A DNA stretch of 64,000 bases from Chrysomallon squamiferum (taxonomy: Eukaryota; Animalia; Mollusca), in NCBI GenBank assembly GCA_012295275.1, contig CM022665.1, positions 28,892,001 to 28,956,000 of the forward strand, in the 5' to 3' direction. This document shows positions 37,061-50,251 of the stretch, piece after piece; positions within the stretch are counted from its first letter, which is position 1; every line of letters starts with the position of its first letter. The notes below the pieces were generated by a model. It saw only the letters and a list, made by a program, of their open reading frames with translations. It was not told the DNA's origin and ran no database searches. The position numbers and the translations under genes were made by a program.

Positions 37061-38098
37061 GTATATGTGTCTCTTTGCATATAAAAACAGAATAATTCTA
37101 AAGACTTTGCTGATGTTATCAGTTTTGTTTTTAAATGTTAAAAATGAAATTAAATAACTGTTCCGCATTTACCCGGCTGTGGTAAATCTTTGTATTAACT
37201 GGGGAACGAATCATGTGAATCATTTTAGAAAATACAGTCATAATCGAAAACTGAGGTTTTCTGGAAGGGGGAAATGAAAAGAAAGCAAGGTAGAAAGAAG
37301 AAACCCATAAAAACGAAAATCCAATAAAATGTACGGTCAACAAAATTATATTTCTTTAATTTGAACTTCTCTATTTTAATCAGAACTGTTATATAACTAT
37401 TTCGCTAGATTCACACAACAAGACTGACAGAAATTATAACTGATATTTCTCTCTTTTTAGCACTCTTCTAAAAATCAGTAATGCAACTATAGTACTAAAG
37501 GTGAGACATTTCAGAAAATGGTTAAAAACCCCAGATTTCGGAGGAATGAAAAAGAATTGTAATTAATAATTATTTCAGACGTCAAAAAAAAAAAAAAAAA
37601 AAAAATTATAATAATAAAAAATAAGACATACACACCACACATATTACAACCGCCACTCCCCTATAAAAAAAAAACCTCTCAGAATAATAATAATTTATTA
37701 TCCCACCCCCTAATCCGTCCGAAAAGAATCACATGAATTGGTGGAGCCTGGCTAAATAGTTAGTGTGACCCGATGAAAGGTCAGAGTTAGTGTGACCTCG
37801 GTATGTATGAAATCAGCGGGCGGGGACGGTCAGACTGGGTACAGCCGGATCAACCTATCACATATCAATCATATTTGTATGTTACTGTGAGCGGCGCTGT
37901 GTGAAAACTGAATTCTTTATTGAATAATTTCTGCACCTGACCAGCTCGAGAACCACCGAAAGAATATCCATGTCAACCGCAGGGAACTGAATAATGCAGA
38001 TGCCGGTTTCATGAGAAAAATGTTAATTTATTATCATCTTCCGAAACATTTCTTGTTTTTAATATCTTTATCTTTGACATGTATCATATTTGACTAAT

Positions 38099-38101
<3 letters not shown>

Positions 38102-38165
<64 letters not shown>
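38102..38165. repeat. (CA)n microsatellite; also 6044-6086, 13090-13168 (TA then CA) and 56755-56808
   Basis: Directly visible. Confidence 0.95.
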
Positions 38166-38169
<4 letters not shown>

Positions 38170-38638
38170 ACGCGCGCACGCACGCAATAATAATTATAAC
38201 ACTAGCATAACAACAACAACAACAAAAATAAATAAATAAATAAATAGTTCGTGTAAGGAATATATCGGTTTTCGTTAGACGTTTTATGAATAAAATAAAT
38301 ATTTCATCACTATGAAATAAAAGCATACAAAAGCTAATACGTACAGCCGGTAAATTATACATCTAGCAATAATCCATTGACTTGTCTTGAACAATGGGCA
38401 TACACATTGCATTAGCTGTCAACAAAATATATATTTACACACGTATGTAACGACAAAGAAATAGAGTCAGTGTACAGACATTCAAATATCCAAAGCTGAA
38501 CGTAAATACGACGAACTAGCAGAAATATATTAAAAATAATTGATCTCAAAATATATACGACATTACGTCAGCTTAGTAACGGTTGTTTAGTTTCTAAACA
38601 AGTAGTCGTAAGTATCTATACATACATACATACATACA

Positions 38639-38684
<46 letters not shown>

Positions 38685-39353
38685 CATATATCTATATATA
38701 TTTATATATAAAGATATATAGATACAAATATATATACACAAACACACATTCATACGGACAGAAAAACAGAAAAACAACGCAATACGTAGCATACATAAAA
38801 CACGCCAGCATACTTATAGTTAAGATAATTAAAGCTTAACGTAATGCCAATAGGTGTGTATATATATATATATATATACATTTATCATGCAAAACTGGAC
38901 ACATCGCAGCATATTAATACATATACAGACGAAATTCGTGAACATGTGGACGCATTCATATCTTCACTTACTGTATTGATTTAGTAAGCAGCAAACAAAA
39001 GATAAAATATATATAAGCTTTTTCTTCTTTTTTTTTTTTTTTTTCATCGCTTTTAGAATATGTCGTATTTTATTACAATGGACAGTTTTAATGCTGATGA
39101 AAACAGCTATTATGAAGCTACGTTTAAACTCACATTGTGTGATTAATTGTGAGAATGCAGTGCGAAATAAACCGTGAAGACACTTCATTAAATCGTTTTC
39201 CATTAGTAACAATAATAACACGTTATATTCTGCGTATTGTTTCCGTTACGGTTCAACATCATGGTAAATATTCTGTTTAGTTGACGCAATATCGGAGCCA
39301 TTCGATTTTTGAAATTTGAAATTTATTATTGTTGTTGTTACCCGTGTTGCGGT

Positions 39354-39412
<59 letters not shown>

Positions 39413-41184
39413 TATTATGACTATTATTAGAAGTTGTAGTAGTAGTAGCAGCAGCACCAGCAGTAGCAGCAGTTAATTGTATCAGTTATTATTATGGTTG
39501 TGCTCTTTTCTTTCTTTTTCTTATGGTCATCTTCTTCTTTATGTTGTTTTTGTTATTTATGAAGGAATCATAGTCATAAAAATTTAAAATTAAAATAAAA
39601 TATTGATAATTCTGAGCCAACAGCAAAAAAAACCCCAAAAGAACACATACATATGAAATCAATATATGAAGTAATTTTACTGTTGATAATATTTCAGCAT
39701 TAAAAATATCTGCGGTAACTATTCATTTATAAATCTCATTACTTTTCTGCTTTTGTTGTGCTTTATAAATTCCTTTTCTTTGTTAGACTCTGAGCGCAGA
39801 ATATGGAACTTCCCTTTGTGATCAAACGAAAATAAATCTGTGCACGAAAATATCTTGAAGGTGAAACAAAATTGTCTTCACGAAGATGAAAATAGTTAAT
39901 CCAAGTAGCAGAGAATGTTGTAAACAAGTTATTTTAATTTAATATAAGGCCGATAAAAATATAAGAATGTGTCATTCATTTCGTTCCTTCAGTCAGTACA
40001 TCAGTCCCGCAATGTCTGCACATCTGATCGTTCCATGCATACACCCCCTTCATCCATTAATTCATTCATTAAAAAATATAAAAAATAAAAATAAAATAAA
40101 AATTGTTTAGGTAATTACATTAGCCAAACGTTCACTTAGGTATTATTAATTTAACTTATAATGTATCCTATGTACAGTTTGTCTGTCTGTCTGTCTGAGT
40201 TTCAGCCTCACTCTCATACACACAGATTAGTGTATCAGCTGATTTGATATTTAAATAATTGCTACACCGCCATTTTGGACTGTCAACTCCTAACAAAGGT
40301 AATCTCTGGATTTTCGCAGTTTAAAAAGTAACGGTGATAGTTTATTGGCAACTAGGGCTTCCTGGAATGGGCTGTCTGAGAGCTATGTATTCTAATTATA
40401 TCGTTCCATTTATAAAAAAAACCTGTCGTACTTTTTTCATTGTATCTGCCCCCATCGCGACAGACATTACGTTATTTAGAAATAGTTTGTTGTGAGCTTA
40501 GACTCTAATGAAAATAGTTATCGATGACGTCATGTGTATTAGTACAAGATTTTGTTCGCAGACGTCTAAATCCGATGATGGCCGGTCATGGCGACCTGTA
40601 ATAAAACGAAAACGCCAAGTCCTCCGGGTCCTAGCCAATCGATCTGCGTGGTCTGGTCACCGTCTGCCAATTAGAGACCATTGCGACCGTTCTTGGCGCT
40701 TTGCAGTGCCGGAAGTGGTTTGTTGTAGCAGTGAAAAGGGAGACAAGAGGTAGTGATTGCAGTGAACTTGATAAAACGAACTCTTTCTTCAGTTTATTGG
40801 ATTCTTCAACTCCAATTTGTAACTTCACTATAATCAAATGCTACTGATATCAAACGTTTCGAGATTCATCGGCGTTCTTCTTGTCGGCCATTTTGTTTTC
40901 TTGAAAGATCGAACGGACGCTTAGTGAATGTAAAGAGGAGAGATGAACGTTCCTAATTGATTTAATGATTAGGAATTGAAATGTATTAGGTAGAAACTAT
41001 AAACAAAGCTTCAGGAGAAAATTACTTGGCTACAATAATATTACACATTATTTTTAGAGATCATAGACGGGTTTGGCAAATATGCCATACAGACTAAGTC
41101 TATAAACTAATAGGAAATTTATTTTGCCTGTCTAGTTTTAAGACTGAGAAAATATTGTATGAAACTTCAGTATAGAAATAAACG

Positions 41185-41244
<60 letters not shown>

Positions 41245-43416
41245 TATGAAGCGAGCTTCTATCTGTGAATTTTCGTTCTGTGTTTACAACATTACACTTG
41301 TACAACAGATATTATATTTCAAAAGCAGATACAGTCTATTGCTTCAAATTAATAAGCTAGAGGAATTAAAGAAGATAACATTTTAAAATATCGTACATAA
41401 AGGATGATATTTTTTTACTTAAAACAACAACAACAACAAAAAACACCCACGGATATGGGAAAATTATTTTTCTTTTGATCAGATATTTTCAGTTTATTTT
41501 CAAAATGATTTAAACTTTGTACAGTTATAAAACGCTTACATTTAAAGATTTGGTGAACAACAAAGTTTGGCCTAGCATCGAGCACCATATATAAAAATAT
41601 CTGTCATTAGATAATTCGTTCATTCCAGATAGTCAAGTAGTGTAAACTAATTTTAAAATACAGTAATATACAAGACAATTTACATAAACGCTAGTGTGTT
41701 TGGTTCAGGATTAATTTCACGTTATTTTGTTTCACCGGAAATCAAGTAATTTAGGAGACATGGGAAATGTAACAGCTTGTTGCTCTGAGAACAAACAATA
41801 TCACATGACCTACAGCTAAACAGTAACAGAAGTGAGAAAGCCAGAAAGATAAGATGGGTAACTGGGTGCATTAAAGACAAAACAAACAGTGATCGTTAGA
41901 TAACGTGCCGATAAATATCCTATATTATTAATCTGTTCTTTAAAACAGCAATATTAAACTGACGAATTAATGAATGGATAAATAAGTAAGTATGGAAATA
42001 AACAAACAAACAAAAAGACGAATGTTTGTATTTGACGAATATGAACAATCTAGAGAAGAAAGATGAAATGAGGTGGAAAAGGGGGAAAAAAGCACCAGAG
42101 AATGAGAGAAAGAAAGAAAAAGTCAAGAAATCGAAAAAAAAAAAAAAAAAATGCTAATGTTCACGATTAGGAATCACAATTTCTTCTGCGACGTAGTTTA
42201 GGTTTTCCAAACAAACTATACAATTTTTAATAATGTTAATATCACGAACAGCGAGATAAGTCACAACTTACATTGTCTGTTGATCAGCTTATATAATATA
42301 GGTCAGTTCGTCACGTCACGGACAGGCACGTTCTGCAGGCTGTTTCCTGGTGGACGATTCTTGTGCCTGACCACACTTCAGCAGACGTGACCAGCTGATA
42401 CAGTTTGTTCTTTTTCACTTACTTTAAAATATTTTTAGTTAGCATCAAAGAAACACTTTGTTGAAGAAGAAGAAAAAAAACAGAGAGAGAGAGAGAGAAA
42501 AAAAAGAGTAAGAGAGAAAAATTGAAAGAGAATGAGAGAAAAAAAAAAAAAAGAGAAAGAGAGAAGGAGATGGCGGTTTCGAAACCTCTTAAATAACTCT
42601 TATAACAAATTCTAGAGACTGGTTTTAAACTTGGGTGTTTGCGATCTATCATTATTTTTCAGTCTGTGTCAATAATTATAAAGATCTACTTCGACGCTAA
42701 CTGATAAAAAGGAAAAGCCGAAGAAGATAGTTTTAGAAGGTATCATTGCTCTTGGGTTTGGGTCTGTGTGTCAATATGTCAGTGATATAATAGAAAGGAC
42801 AGTTTTTAGAACTACCTACTAACCCATTAACCTCTCTTATGGACACTCTGCTTCCGTGTGAAGTGTGTTCATGAAATACTTTACATCAGGCTGACATCAG
42901 TGTTGTACAAGATGCTAATCCTACTTGATTCTGACACAAGTATCGTGATGACTTCAGACAGCCCGCGACTCACATCGCCTCCACTTCTCCAGCTAATCCT
43001 CTAACACACTAACACTAACACTGACCTGAGCATGATTCACAACAGTTTGTTGAGACCAGCATCTTAAAATGTTTTCCTAAGTTGCATAATGAAGACTGGG
43101 TGTTGTCACCTGTGCACTTGGCTTGTAATCAAAGTTATACAGGAAAGTGTATTTGTAGTATGTTGATTTACTTCTTTCTCGTCTTCTTCTTCTTAATAAT
43201 AATGACAACAGTGACAACAGTTACCGTCAAAACTCGCTAGTGTATCCAACATTTTGCATTAGGTATGAACAGCAGCACATATATTTGTAAACCTACTGGT
43301 TAAACCAGTAATTATATCCTGAAGGCAGTTTAACTCTTTGGTAATTACTGTTGAGAAACCATAATTTATAAGTATTTCAAAATTCGGTAAAAAGAAATTT
43401 AACAAAATAATTCTTA

Positions 43417-43452
<36 letters not shown>

Positions 43453-45939
43453 AATAAATAGAAAAGAAAAAAAGATATGGCGAGAGTAACAAGTAAAACT
43501 ATTTGCATAAAGAATAAACACTGGTTAAAAACAAAATGAATTTAAATAATGAATAGTTTTCATTCACGAGCCTTGTGTAATAAACATTATATATAATTAT
43601 GTATCAAGTAAATACATAATCAGGTGGATAGCAGCAATTAGACAGTTTGTAAACACTGCTGATGTAATAATAAGTAACGTATGTTTTGATTCTACATTAA
43701 ATAAACTAACCGATAAAGCGAGAATTGTGTTGACTTATTTTCATAATAATTTTTTAGCGTAATATTTACAAGGCAACATAGCCAACCATATGTTTGTCGT
43801 AGGAAATATCGAAATGGACTGGAATCAGAATCTAACTAAGTGTTAACAAGATCCAGAATATTTCACGCAATCGAAACAGAGACAGAAATACTGTTTCGGA
43901 ACGGTCAGCGGAATTCGGACAAATACACAATCCGATTTAAAGCCGCGTGACAGTTACAATCAATCAAAGATGGTCGTCATCCAATATACTTATTGACTTT
44001 TCAGGTTCAGCTGTCTAACGAGCAAATGAGAGCCTGCATAACACAGCCAGCCGAGCGAATGACGTGAAACTCCAATCTAACACGCAGCTCCTAAGTTTGT
44101 TGTTTCTGGTTTTTGGTTTAACAGTTATTTTTTTCAGTGTGATTAATGGTTTGTTTCTGTTTTCTCTCAGAGTTTTCAGTTTTATTTTGAAAGAGGGTAA
44201 ACGAAGTTCAATGGTGAATAAGGAATTACAAGAGAAATACGAAATAAAAGGAAATATCAAAACGACTCCCAAATAAAAATAATGAACGTTTTATTTTTAA
44301 TGTATTATTCGAGCAGACCACTCTGCCATTCCACTGTCAACATCAGCATTGTTAACTGTAGTAGCAGTCGAGAATTCATGATTTTATTTGCTCTACTGAC
44401 AACCATCAAAAATATTAAAAAAAATAAAACAGCTATGGCAACTTTAAAATAATGATATAAATATGTAATAAGCAGTTAAACAAATATAATAAAAATAACA
44501 TAAGATTTAACATACATAGAAATATTAAGAAAAACATCAAACGACAGTAATAAAATAGCACATGAAACATAGCTTAGGAACCGAAATTAATGAGTAACGT
44601 TATATATTTTCGATTTTTGTGGCTGATATAAAATTACATTTCGTCATTAGAACGATTATCTACGAACTGCTGCTTCGAAATGAAAAATGGAGGTCAAAGT
44701 TTCCATGGCGTAGTAGCTCTTCGTAAGAGGATGATACCAAGAAAACGTCAAATGTCAGTGACTTACACAGATAATCCCATTTATCATCCGGCTCGTAACT
44801 GGCAACCGCATCTCTCAAACCAGGTCACACTAGTTTTTGTAAAGACTGGAGTTTCGTTTTACGTAATTAAAAATAAAATATTTTACCACTGCAAAAAAAA
44901 AAAAAATAACAGCAACAAACAAACAGTAATTTAACCAGTTTTAGCATGCTTTTCATAACGTGACAGTATGCTTTTCTGTTTTCATTAAAAAATACATAAT
45001 GAAAAGTTTAAGAATATTCGAGACCTTTTTTGATTTTAGAAGAAGAGGTGAAAAAGTTTAAGAAAAAGAAGAAGAAAGATAATGGTGAATAATTAGAAGA
45101 TTAAGAAACTTTCTATCAGTCTGGGGCTTTTGGTACTGAAGAGTACAGAACAAAGGGAAAGAACCACGATGATGAGTTGAAGAAGTACATTTATTATAAT
45201 TATAATTAAATACTATAACTAATCCCGATTTGTTTCTTTTCTTCTCATTTTGGCTTTGAAAAGAACCCTTCGATTTACTAGTTAAATCAGGTACTTCATT
45301 TAAGAAACTTCGAAAAGATGAAAAGACCAAGACTTTGGACATTTGCAATAATAGAAAACATCATCCTCTGCGGGCCATCAAAACCTGTAAATTTGAAAGC
45401 ATTGTCCATCTTGAAAAAAAGGTCCTAGACTTCCCCCACGGCGGTTTGTTCTTTGATTAATCTAGCTTACTCTTGTAATAGATGGTCAGTTCGGGTTGTT
45501 AGCGGCACACACAGAGAATTCGCGCGCACCGGAGGCTGGTAATTAACGACGTCCATAATAATAATATAAAGGATCTAAGAGCGAATTAATCAGAATCACC
45601 GACGACCAAAGTCTAGCTGGTGGTCTGTTCCGTAAGAGGTGATTAGATGGACATCAACATGGTCAATAGCTTTTAAGATATTTTTCAGTTGACCAAGATC
45701 TTTGATCTTCTAGTAGTTTGAGATTTCATCTCTCGGATGTCTATTAGTCCTGGAATCGTGGAGAGGACTGGACACACTCGTGGACAGTCTTTGAGAGCAG
45801 CATCAAACAGATCTGATCATGTTAGTCCGTTTGCTGTTTTTAAACTGATCATCTTGTTAGAAATAAATGTACAATGTCGTTATCGTTTTTAACGTCACGC
45901 ACACTTTACTGGCCTCAGTTATTTTGGTCACGGGAAATA

Positions 45940-45970
<31 letters not shown>

Positions 45971-48900
45971 TTTAAATTGCGAAGATAATTAAAATAAAGT
46001 TATCAGTTGAAAATAAAGAAATCACATAACATATCAATAAAATAAATCATTAGTACGTGTTCTTGCAGATCTTTTGTTTTATACGTGCTAAAAAAATCAG
46101 AAATTAAAACAATCATCTATGATCTGCTGCTTCGAAATGAAAAAAAAAAAAAAAAAAAGTGGTAGTCAAAGTTCCATGGAGGAACGTTTCGTAAGTCAAG
46201 TTAAAAAAAAAAAAAAAAAAATCATTTACTATTATGAACGATTATTTATAATTTAAAACTGTTACTGCTACAAATATAGCACTAAATATTTCAAAATGTT
46301 TATCTTGTACATAGATCTGGTTTGAAATCTTACATAGTAATTTTAAATTGCTATTACTACATATACTATAGCCATTCCCCTTTATATCGTCACAGTGACA
46401 TATATTCTGGTGACGTTTTCCTTCCCCCAGGAGCATTTTTATCAATAATTTCCTTTACCGTAAAAAAAAAAAAAAAAAAAAATTCTCTGGCATCGCAGTA
46501 TCACACACAAGATTTCAAATAAAAGAACAACATATTCCATTTCGTATGTCACTTTTATCCCACTACATATTTCGTATCAGTGCGTAGCAAATTAAAATTC
46601 CAAGTGCACAATTATGTATATTATACAAATAATTATCTAAACATTTGGGAATAACCATGTACTTTATCAGTATGTTCTTTTCTGTCTTCATATTTTACTA
46701 TCAAATACCTTATAAGTTAGGTATATTCTTTTGTGCAGTGTATGACGATTTCATTATTTTCGTGTCTAAGTGGTGTTTGCATCTCGGTGAATAGATATCC
46801 CAAGTATATCTATTTCTGTAGTTCTCGTTATTTTTATGTAAACGTTTGATCACTGAATATCTTCAGTGTTAAAGTGGTCTGTTTGTAAGTGTGTCCTCCA
46901 GCAGCTAGACAGATATGAGAAAATAACTCCACTTTTGTTATTGCGTTAATAGCCCGAGGAGGCGAGTCTCTTCAGAGTCGCATATAACAACGCAGTGTAA
47001 CATAACTTTTCTTTTTCAAAGTCGTTTTCAAATAAAGACACAGTCGTCAGAAAATAAAACTGCTTATTTGACAAATAAAATGTCAACATTTCTCAGCAGT
47101 AATTTAATTTTCGAAATATGTAATTTGTTTATCCTTTTTTTTTTTTTTTTATTTTATTGCATTTTTATTTTATTTATTTATTTATTTTTTAAGTTATGTT
47201 TTGTAAAAAAAAAAAAAGAACGTTTATATTATTCGCTGATTAAAAATGTGAGAAATTATTTAACCATTACTTCATTCCTTTAAACAAAAAGTGCGTGCTG
47301 AAAAGATCTTTGCTAAAAATTACACATTATAATACATCTTCATATTTTAAGATACTGTTATGTGTTTGAAATTCTGATTTGCCGTTTTACGAATAGTTGT
47401 GTGATTTGTGTAATATTTTAAAACATCTCAGACAGCATACTGAGGACACAATAAAACATTTATATTTAGTATTTTGTTAGTGAAAACCTGTAACTGAAAT
47501 AATTTCATAATATTCCAACATTCGTAAATTAGCATTGTACATAACATAATAGTTGATATATAATTTTTTAATCAGAGATCAAGTTGCATTGTAATTGTTT
47601 TAAATATCGTAGACTTAAGTTTGGTATCACTCACATCGCTAGGTCTGCGTAGTCGCAAAGAAATGTTTAGTTAAATATCATAGCAATTCTTCTTCAGTCT
47701 GGCGTTCAGAAACCTCTTTAATAAACATCTTAAAAATTATAAATTTTGAATTTTTTTCTCCTGCTGGAGTCGTTAGATAAGATCTTTATAGGATCAAACT
47801 GAGAAAATTACGAATACATGACATTTTTATTGCTAACTTGAAAGTATTATTTCATGAATATCGGATTCGGTGTGCAAGGTCAACTTTTTATAATTACTGC
47901 AACATTGTAGAAACCATTAATTAACGTACTGAAGTTCAAAAAACATATATATATATATATTAAAATAAAGAGAATAAGATTCACGTTGGATAAAAAACTG
48001 AAAAAGAAACAAAACTTTTAATTCTGCCATAGATGGAAAAAAAAGTGCGTGACATAATGATATTATTTTTCGCCTCCAAGTGATCAAATTCAATTACATT
48101 TTCTCCTAAACTTTTTTTTTTTATTAGTAACAGTAATTAAATTCCACGAAACTTCCTCTTCATCTGTTTTACTGGCGATAATCAACACTGTTTCATTGAA
48201 AGAAAACCTATTTATTCTTTTATTATTTATCTTCACGACTTGGACATCTGTCATTTACAACTGACATGGATACTAAAACACTAGTATTATTGTTCTCTTT
48301 TTTCCTAAATTAGTGGTCAAAAGGACATATAGGATATCTTTCTGAGATCACGATAAAACATTCTTTTTATTTCATTCTGGGGTCATTCTGTTCGGTCATG
48401 GTCACTCGCGTTATAACCTAACCGGCTGTAGTCAGTGAGACAGAAAGAGAGAGAGAGAGAGAGAGAAAAACAAAAAAAATGAGAGGTACATCTGGGGTCA
48501 AGGATATCAACTGTTAGATGACAGACAACGAATCATCAACGTATAATGGGACAATGGTTTTTAAAACATGGGATAATTCTCCGTCCTTTTATCGCCTCTG
48601 TGACCTGGTCACCGTGGCCGACCTCTGGTAAAACCAAGATGATCTCTTTTGTGGTTCACCGCAGGCCACAAAACCATATCAGCAATAAGTTCACACAAAA
48701 ATGTCTACTAATTTTACTTCTGAAAGACATGTTCTGACAATGCAGTTAAAAAAAAAAAAAAAAAAAAAAAACTGGTATGTGTGACCCGGTGAGGCCACAT
48801 GGGCGGATTACTTCCCTTATGACCACTCTCCTGTTTGCGCATTGAACTATTGCTGATAGCTAGCTCACTGCAGTGAAAGAACATAATAGTAAAAAATACT

Positions 48901-49216
48901 GTCACTAACTGTGAGAAAATAAGGTGAAAAAAATGAAGGTAAACAAAAGGCTGAGAAAAAACGTCTCTCCTGTGTATTTTTTGACACCGATGACTTGTTT
49001 TTTAACATCGTGACCTCAGGTCACGGTGTTCCCAGACTTCCGATGTGAACGGCATTTTCAGTTTCCAATCTCCCAATCTATTTGACGTAGTGTTTGATCC
49101 TAAAAGTAAAGAATAATTTATTTGAATGAAATAAACTTTTACCCTTTTCTTTTCCGTTGATTACTTAGTGAAAAAGAATGAAGAAAATTATTAAGAAAAA
49201 AGTGGAAAGTCTATAA

Positions 49217-49252
<36 letters not shown>

Positions 49253-50167
49253 AATAAAATAAAATAAAAAGAACAAAAATATAAATCCTAATTAGATAAA
49301 AATGAAGCCGTTATTTTTTGAATTCTAAAAATAAAAAGATTTTTTCTGTATAAAAAATAGTTTGTAAAAAAAAAAAAGATGAAGAAATCTCCGTTGTACT
49401 AGTTCTGAAGAAAATTTTGATCTTTAATAGCTTGAAAATAAACGGAAGAATAAACGGTAATGTCGTAATTCTTAATTTTACAATTTTATTTTAAAATCTG
49501 TTAAATGCAAACATTTGATAAGAAAAATGAATAAAGAAAAATAGTATAAAAACAAAAGAAGAAGACTATCAATCAAAAACTAATAATTATAAATCAATAA
49601 CAATAACAACAACAACAACAACAACAACAATAATAATAGTAATAATAAAAATTATAATACTAATAATTATAACCATTGTTAATAAATGGTAATAACATCA
49701 TATTCATTTCACAATAACATAATGCTTTCATTTGTGTATGGCTTCTTTTAATCGCATTACTAACGAAAATCGAACAACTGTAAAAGAAGAGACAAAAAGT
49801 GAAAAAAAAAAAAAAAAAAAAAAAAAAGATTAAATCATCTGAGAGACAAGGAAGATTAAACGAGCACACTTCGCAAGAAAAGATCAATACTGATAAAACA
49901 TGCTAACGACATCCTTGACCTCGCCATGTTTTTCTTCTTCGTCAACTGCAACGTAAAAATGCATGTATCTTCGTGACAGGCACTTGCGGTCACCGTTCTC
50001 ATAACGACGCGCGCGTGTTTTTCTGTAACGTATCTATTTCCATTTTAATTTAAGTTTTTTTTTCTTAAAATTATTATGATGATGCTTCAGCTACTCAATC
50101 AGTGTGTCTAATGACTTTTTGTCAGGCTCACAACTTGTGCCACCTACACTGATATGTAATTTATGTG

Positions 50168-50251
<84 letters not shown>

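Noticed and set aside
45650-45840. Possible LINE C-terminal Cys/His remnant on the minus strand
   Set aside because: Too degenerate to support.
46964-46979. Histone-stem-loop-like hairpin GAGTCT-CTTC-AGAGTC near SLBP genes
   Set aside because: G-G mismatch, loss of the invariant second G-C pair, and no histone ORF upstream.
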